Below, piece after piece: positions 58,785-64,000 of a stretch of DNA of 64,000 bases. Positions within the stretch are counted from its first letter, which is position 1. Every line of letters begins with the position of its first letter. The stretch is from an uncultured Methanosarcinaceae archaeon. GTDB lineage: Archaea > Halobacteriota > Methanosarcinia > Methanosarcinales > Methanosarcinaceae. Below the pieces are notes generated by a model that made no database searches, had not been told where the DNA came from, and saw only the letters and a list, made by a program, of their open reading frames with translations. The translations under genes were made by a program, and so were the position numbers. The DNA is taken from positions 32,001 through 96,000 of the forward strand of contig CAVSHT010000004.1 of assembly GCA_963727895.1 (NCBI GenBank), in the 5' to 3' direction.

Positions 58785-59924
58785 TAGTACTTACGCACTT
58801 GAACCGCCGAAAACCTCATGTCATTTAAAATATAATTATATTAGATAAATTCCCCCAAAACGTAGGGAGTTCTGGACATAAATCCGCCCAAGTGTACCGA
58901 CATTAACTACATTGATTTTTTCATTGCAGCTTCTAACGTTTTTAGTTGCACTGAAGCTGCTAGATGTTATCCAAACGTAGCTAATGCTCCTTGTCATGAC
59001 GCTTTCACTCGTTGCGTTCAAAAGCAACCTCTAGACACAGAAGCATTATGGGATGAAGTAAAAAATCATGTCAAGCTTGAGGAAGGTTTTCTAATTGTTG
59101 ATGATTCAACATTAGATAAACCATACGCAAAAGAAATAGCTTTTGTTCGTCGTATGTGGAGTGGAAAACATCATCGTACTGTAAATGGGATAGGGCTGAT
59201 CACCTTAGTCTGGACAGACGGTACAACCATCATACCTATCGATTTTCGAATTTATAACATCGATGAAGACGACAAAACAAAGAATGATCATTTCCTTGAT
59301 ATGCTTGACAAAGCCGAAGAACGTGGTTTTAATCCAGAATTTGTTCTGTTTGATACATGGTATGCAAGTGTAAAAAAACCTTAAAGCAATAAGGAAAAAA
59401 GAATGGCACTTCCTTACAAGGTTAAAGAATAATCGTTTGGTAAATCCTGACAACAAGGGAAATGTTTCACTTGAAACAATAGACATTCCTCCAAAAGGAC
59501 GTGTGGTTCACCTCAAAGCATATGGATTTGTAAAGGTGTTTAGGATAGTTTCAAAAGATGGAGACATGCAACACTGGGTTACAGATGTGCAGAATATGGA
59601 TGAATCAAAACGTGAAGATTTGGCAAAGAAGTCATGGAAAATTGAGGAATATCATAGAGGAATAAAGCAATTCTGTGGTATCGAAAAATGTCAGGCAATA
59701 AAGGAAGAGTCACAAAGAGCACATATAATGTTCTCATTAAGAGCTTTCCTCAGACTGGAATTACAAAGAGTCAAAAGTGGAATATCCTGGTTTGAAAGTG
59801 CTATGAAAATTAGAAAAGTGGCAGTGACAGAATATTTTAATAACCCCCTATACACATTAAATTAATTTGCATATTTGTCAAGTTGCCAAAAACGATGTGT
59901 TAAGAGCCAACTGCGTAACTCCTA
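58785..59924 (+). mobile_element. IS701-family element, transposase pseudogene
   Basis: IRs TAGTACTTACGCA / TGCGTAACTCCTA. VDDSTLDKPY, LFDTWY and WKIEEYHRGIKQ motifs. Start mutated, with stops and a frameshift. Confidence 0.85.
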
Positions 59925-60095
59925 TCATATTCGTTTTGGTTCCGGTAATTGAGTTTATGCAGATCTCCTAAAGTCTAGTCAACATTTTGGTCAATATGTT
60001 GCGTTTTTCTTGAAATTTTCAGTAAAATCTCGGGTTTTGAAGCAAATATTCACTTAAAAAGCAACATTTTTATGTTATTGTTGCTTTATTAGACA
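59925..60095. promoter_or_regulatory. res-like two-subsite site (CAACA-N12-TGTTG x2, 82 bp apart)
   Basis: Subsites at 59980..60001 and 60062..60083. Homologous to 46400..46552. Confidence 0.5.
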
Positions 60096-60360
60096 TTACC
60101 AGAGCCTATCTTTTACAGATTACGAAATGAGGGACATCGAAAATAGGCTCATATAATGGGGAATTCGTAGAAGGGGACTTTGAGAGAATATTGCCCGATA
60201 ACAATAACTATTGGAGGCTACGCCAATATATTACAATAGAAACATACCTTTTGAGCTTACTACTAGAAATTTAGGATTAATGTAAGTGTCCAAAAATTAG
60301 TGTTTGATGATGTCGGTTTTAAGTTCAGAAAAGTAACACTAAAAGAAAAGTAACACTAAA

Positions 60361-60478
60361 TAGAACTTACGCACTTGAATTCCAAAATCAAAAACAATTG
60401 ACGTTGTGACTAATTCGACATTTTAAACAGTTACGGGTTTAATGCTATTGGTTTCTCAACCCAACTGCATAAGTCCTA
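60361..60478. mobile_element. MITE with IS701-type ends
   Basis: Sister of 2221..2338. Confidence 0.75.
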
Positions 60479-60490
60479 ATTAAAATAACT

Positions 60491-61224
60491 GGCTTTGATA
60501 CTTAACTATAATTATTTATTATGAGAACCTCTATTTTTTCATGAACTGCCCCAGATGCAATAGTTCTAATCACAATAAGAATGGTATAGTTGGCGGGCGT
60601 CAACGGTACAAATGCCATGATTGTGGCTATAACTATACAGTAGAGTTAAAATCAACTGTTTTTTCTGCTTCTGTAAAAAGACAGGCTTTACAACTCTATC
60701 TTGAAGGATTGGGCTTTCGCTCAATAGGACGATTTTTAGGGGTAAGTCATGTTTCTGTCCAAAAATGGATAAAGAAATTTGGTCAAGAGTGAGAGAACCT
60801 AAAAAGTGAAAGTGAGATATCTATTGTTGAAATGGATGAGATGCACAATCGGTAACAAAAAAATATTGCTGGATCTGGATTGCTGTTGATATAGCTGGGA
60901 AAAAGTTCATCAACTGCTCTTTTGGTAACAGAGGAACAGAAACTGGAAAACTACTCTGGGAAAAATTGAAGAAAAAATAGATTGGAGAAGTGATGACAGA
61001 TCACTGGAGAGCATATGCAGAGTTTCTTCCAGAAAAGATTCATACTCAATCAAAAGCAGAAACATTTACAGTTGAAGGATATAACAGCATATTGAGGCAT
61101 TTTCTAGCAAGATTAAGAAGAAAGACAAAGTGTTATACGAAGAGTCTTGAAATGCTAAAGTACTCGGTTCTTCTATTAATGAAATACAGAAATAAATAAC
61201 TAGATATATTTAGTTAACAACACC
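60491..61224 (+). mobile_element. IS1-family element, defective
   Basis: ORFs 60541..60792 (TGA) and 60990..61199. Right IR present. Confidence 0.88.
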
Positions 61225-62172
61225 ATATTTCTTTCTTCAAGGATTCAATTTCATTATTGAGATGAGTTATAAGTTTTAGACAGATTTGAAGCCTAAAGAT
61301 AGCACTTTGAGAGATTTCCTTGTTTAGAATCTCTCTAATTTGAGAACTTTTTTTGCGAACATTTGGAGAAAGGCTTTCTATGATTTCATCAATAGCCTTA
61401 CCTGATGTAATTCCAGATAAAATTGCTCTACCATTCTTTCCAAAAATGTCTGTAAGTGTATCCTTTAAATTAAACATTTCAGGAGCAAGAACAGCATGAG
61501 CTTCATTTTTAATATCTGTTCTTTTTTGTACAAGCTCATGACGAAGTCGAACGTATGAACGAAATTCTCTATATTCTTTGGAAAAACTCTTGATGGTTGA
61601 ATCATATTATTCAATGCAAGTTGTGCAATGAATTTTGAGTCTACCTTATCGGTTTTTTTGTGTGTAAAGGCTTTCATATCTCGAGCATTTTCAACTATGA
61701 CAGATAAGTGCTTTATCAAGGAATCATAAATAGGAATCCAAAAATCACTGGTAGATTTACATGCAACAACATTATATTTCTCTGACATAACCAAATTTTT
61801 AAGAGCCAAAATTCCATCTTCATTTTTCTGGAAACGTAACTGCTTTTTTCCCCGGATCTACTCAGGATAGTAGCAATCAAAAAATGCTTATGGATATCAA
61901 GACCACAAGATTTGTTTACAATATCTACCAATTAAAATCACCAAAGTTATTTGGGCAGTGAAATGATCTCAAAGGCAATTTGACATCCGTGATCAAGGTC
62001 ACATTTGAGCCTTCGGCAGCATTTAGTGGTTAGTTTCAGTACGGTTTTGAAAAACCAAAATAAAGACAACCTTACTGCCCAACATTATAAGGGTTTAATA
62101 GTCAAAAAAGAGAAAGGAAAGTACTTTCATGTATTTGTGCCTGTTATTCGAAGAATTTCATGTGTGTTTTAG
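61225..62172 (-). mobile_element. IS110 element (copy C), 3' part removed at IS1, multiply frameshifted
   Basis: CGLDIHK and KTDKVDS fragments. Non-coding end like copy B, finishing in TTTTAG. Confidence 0.88.
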
Positions 62173-62259
62173 TGAGACAAGAACGATTTAAATACTAATA
62201 TAAGAGTACGAAAAAAGCAACATAAACTATTTATAAAAGGTAAAATGTTACAACATAAC

Positions 62260-62273
62260 TGACTAATCAGTCA
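62260..62273. promoter_or_regulatory. putative TetR operator TGACTAATCAGTCA
   Basis: Palindrome downstream of a TTTATAAA box. Repeated at 62889..62902 and 62950..62963. Confidence 0.7.
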
Positions 62274-62290
62274 ATTACAGAGAATTATAT

Positions 62291-62869
62291 ATGAAAGAAC
62301 AGGTCAAAGACAAAAGAACAGCCATTCTAAAAGCAGCCCTGAAGCTTTTCACTGAAAGGGGCTTCCACGGTACGTCCACTGCCCAGATTTCGAAAGAAGC
62401 AGGTGTAGCCACAGGCTCTCTTTTCAATTACTTTCCTACAAAAGAAGATCTTATCAACAGCCTGTATTTTGAGGTAAAGGGAGACTTAAGCCACGCTATG
62501 GGGAAAGATATTGAAGTTGAAAATATCTTCAAGGATGAGTTAAGAAAAATATGGTTAAATTTAATCAGGTGGGGAATTAACAATCAGGAGGAATTCCTTT
62601 TTGTCGGTCAGTTCTGTTCATCCCCTTATATAACAAATTTTACTCGCGAAGAAGTAATGAAAGAATATATTTTCCTCCATAAGCTTGTGGATGAAGGGAT
62701 AGAAACAGGAGAGATCAGAGATTTTTCTGCGGAACTGATAATTGCAATGTTTTATCAGGGTAGTAGGACGATAGTGAACTTTATCCTTGATTCAGGTCCA
62801 TCACAGGATGAAAATAAGGTTTTGGAGGATGGATTCCAGATTATTTGGAGAGGTCTAGCCAAAAATTAA
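62291..62869 (+). CDS. TetR/AcrR family transcriptional regulator
   Basis: ILKAALKLFTERGFHGTSTAQISKEAGVATGSLFNYFPTKEDL. Confidence 0.93.
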   Translation: MKEQVKDKRTAILKAALKLFTERGFHGTSTAQISKEAGVATGSLFNYFPTKEDLINSLYFEVKGDLSHAMGKDIEVENIFKDELRKIWLNLIRWGINNQEEFLFVGQFCSSPYITNFTREEVMKEYIFLHKLVDEGIETGEIRDFSAELIIAMFYQGSRTIVNFILDSGPSQDENKVLEDGFQIIWRGLAKN

Positions 62870-62888
62870 TTTTTTTTCACTTTCTTTT

Positions 62889-62963
62889 TGAGTGATCAGT
62901 CAATCATTAATCCTACAAATAGTTATATAATATCAAGTTACGCACTGATTGATTAATCAGTCA
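62889..62963. promoter_or_regulatory. two putative TetR operators flanking the TATA box of the ADH gene
   Basis: TGAGTGATCAGTCA and TGATTAATCAGTCA around TTATATAA. Confidence 0.65.
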
Positions 62964-62991
62964 ATATGCGATTTACGATTGAGGATTTGAT

Positions 62992-64000
62992 ATGAGTTTT
63001 AACATGTATGTACCTACCAGAACTTTATTTGGAGGAGGTCAATTAAAAAATTTGAACACTCCGAAAATGCCTGGCAAAAAAGCTATGATCGTTATCTCTA
63101 AAGGAAAATCCACAAGAGCAAATGGTTATCTTGCAAGAACAGAAGAGCAATTGAAGCTAGCAGGAGTAGAAACTGTAGTATTTGACAAAGTTGAAGCAAA
63201 TCCCTTAAAATCAACAGTTATGGCAGGCGGTACTTTTGCAAAAGAAACTAACTGTGATTTTATTGTCGCTCTGGGTGGCGGAAGCTGTATGGATGCGGCA
63301 AAGGCAATTGCTGTAATGGCCACTAACGATGGCGATTATTGGGATTATATTCCTTCAGGTAGTGGAAAAGGGAAAACGATAGATACCAAACCTCTTCCGG
63401 TTGTAGCTATTACAACAACAGCAGGAACAGGTTCCGAAACTGATCCAGGAACAGTAGTTACCAATGAAGAAAAGCATGAGAAAACCGGATTTGTACATGA
63501 CGATCTGTTTCCAGTTTTGGCAATTGTCGATCCGGAACTTATGCTTTCTGTGCCGCCCAAATACACGGCTTATCAAGGATTCGATGCGTTGTTTCATAGT
63601 GTAGAAGGCTATGTTTCGAATGGTGTCAACCTTATGAGTAATATGTATGCTATCACAGCAATTGAAAATGTAGGACAAAATCTTACAAAAGCGGTGAAAG
63701 ACGGAAATGATCTGGATGCGCGCGAAAAGGTTGCGTTTGGCAACACGCTTTCCGGGACGGTAATGTGTGTTGGTTGTTGCACCAGTGAGCATTCTCTGGA
63801 ACATGCCATGTCAGCCTATCATCAAGAACTTCCGCACGGTGCAGATCTAATCATGATTAGCAAAGCGTATTTTACACATCTTATTGACAGGCACGTATGC
63901 GACGATAGGTTTGTAATAATGGCAAAGGCAATGGGGATGGAGGATGCTAAAGAGCCTATGGATTTCATCACAATGCTGGTGAAATTACAGGAAGAATGTG
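62992..64000 (+). CDS. iron-containing alcohol dehydrogenase (runs off right edge)
   Basis: PTRTLFG, VEANP, ALGGGSCMDAAKA, TTTAGTGSE, DALFHSVEGY, HSLEHAMS and PHG motifs. Confidence 0.92.
   Translation, partial: MSFNMYVPTRTLFGGGQLKNLNTPKMPGKKAMIVISKGKSTRANGYLARTEEQLKLAGVETVVFDKVEANPLKSTVMAGGTFAKETNCDFIVALGGGSCMDAAKAIAVMATNDGDYWDYIPSGSGKGKTIDTKPLPVVAITTTAGTGSETDPGTVVTNEEKHEKTGFVHDDLFPVLAIVDPELMLSVPPKYTAYQGFDALFHSVEGYVSNGVNLMSNMYAITAIENVGQNLTKAVKDGNDLDAREKVAFGNTLSGTVMCVGCCTSEHSLEHAMSAYHQELPHGADLIMISKAYFTHLIDRHVCDDRFVIMAKAMGMEDAKEPMDFITMLVKLQEEC

Noticed and set aside
60067..60083. dif/XerD-like TTATGTTA
   Set aside because: Only a partial half-site, better explained as the spacer of the CAACA-N12-TGTTG site.

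Overview
AT-rich archaeal DNA, almost certainly Methanosarcina: it carries an F420-reducing-hydrogenase-like frhA/G/B operon, PKD/beta-propeller and beta-helix surface proteins, an archaeal presenilin, and typical IS families. The window is heavily scrambled by mobile elements. It holds two intact IS6 transposases, more than 40 IS6-type ends (GGTTCCGTTGCAAAA), six defective IS1 copies or halves plus one internally deleted IS1, three IS110 copies, one IS701 relic and at least six MITE families. These separate islands of stress and accessory genes (katG, desulforedoxin relic, CDF, CopB, DedA, Fic, flippase, TetR with Fe-ADH). The strongest leads are as follows. (1) Non-autonomous cassettes bounded by IS6 ends carry a conserved two-subsite CAACA-N12-TGTTG site, once directly upstream of a truncated tyrosine-recombinase-like gene, plus a second conserved att-like or structured module; together these suggest a possible dedicated cointegrate-resolution system on IS6 ends. 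(2) A MITE is inserted in frame in the presenilin gene. (3) Two secreted low-complexity peptides share an MGKQT leader, one microcin-B17-like and one with N-glycosylation-sequon repeats. (4) A duplicated sRNA candidate has a GNRA hairpin. (5) The IS110 non-coding ends are structured like bridge RNAs, and these elements sit inside other IS. All calls come from reading the sequence by eye; no searches or folding programs were run, and some frameshifts may be sequencing errors.
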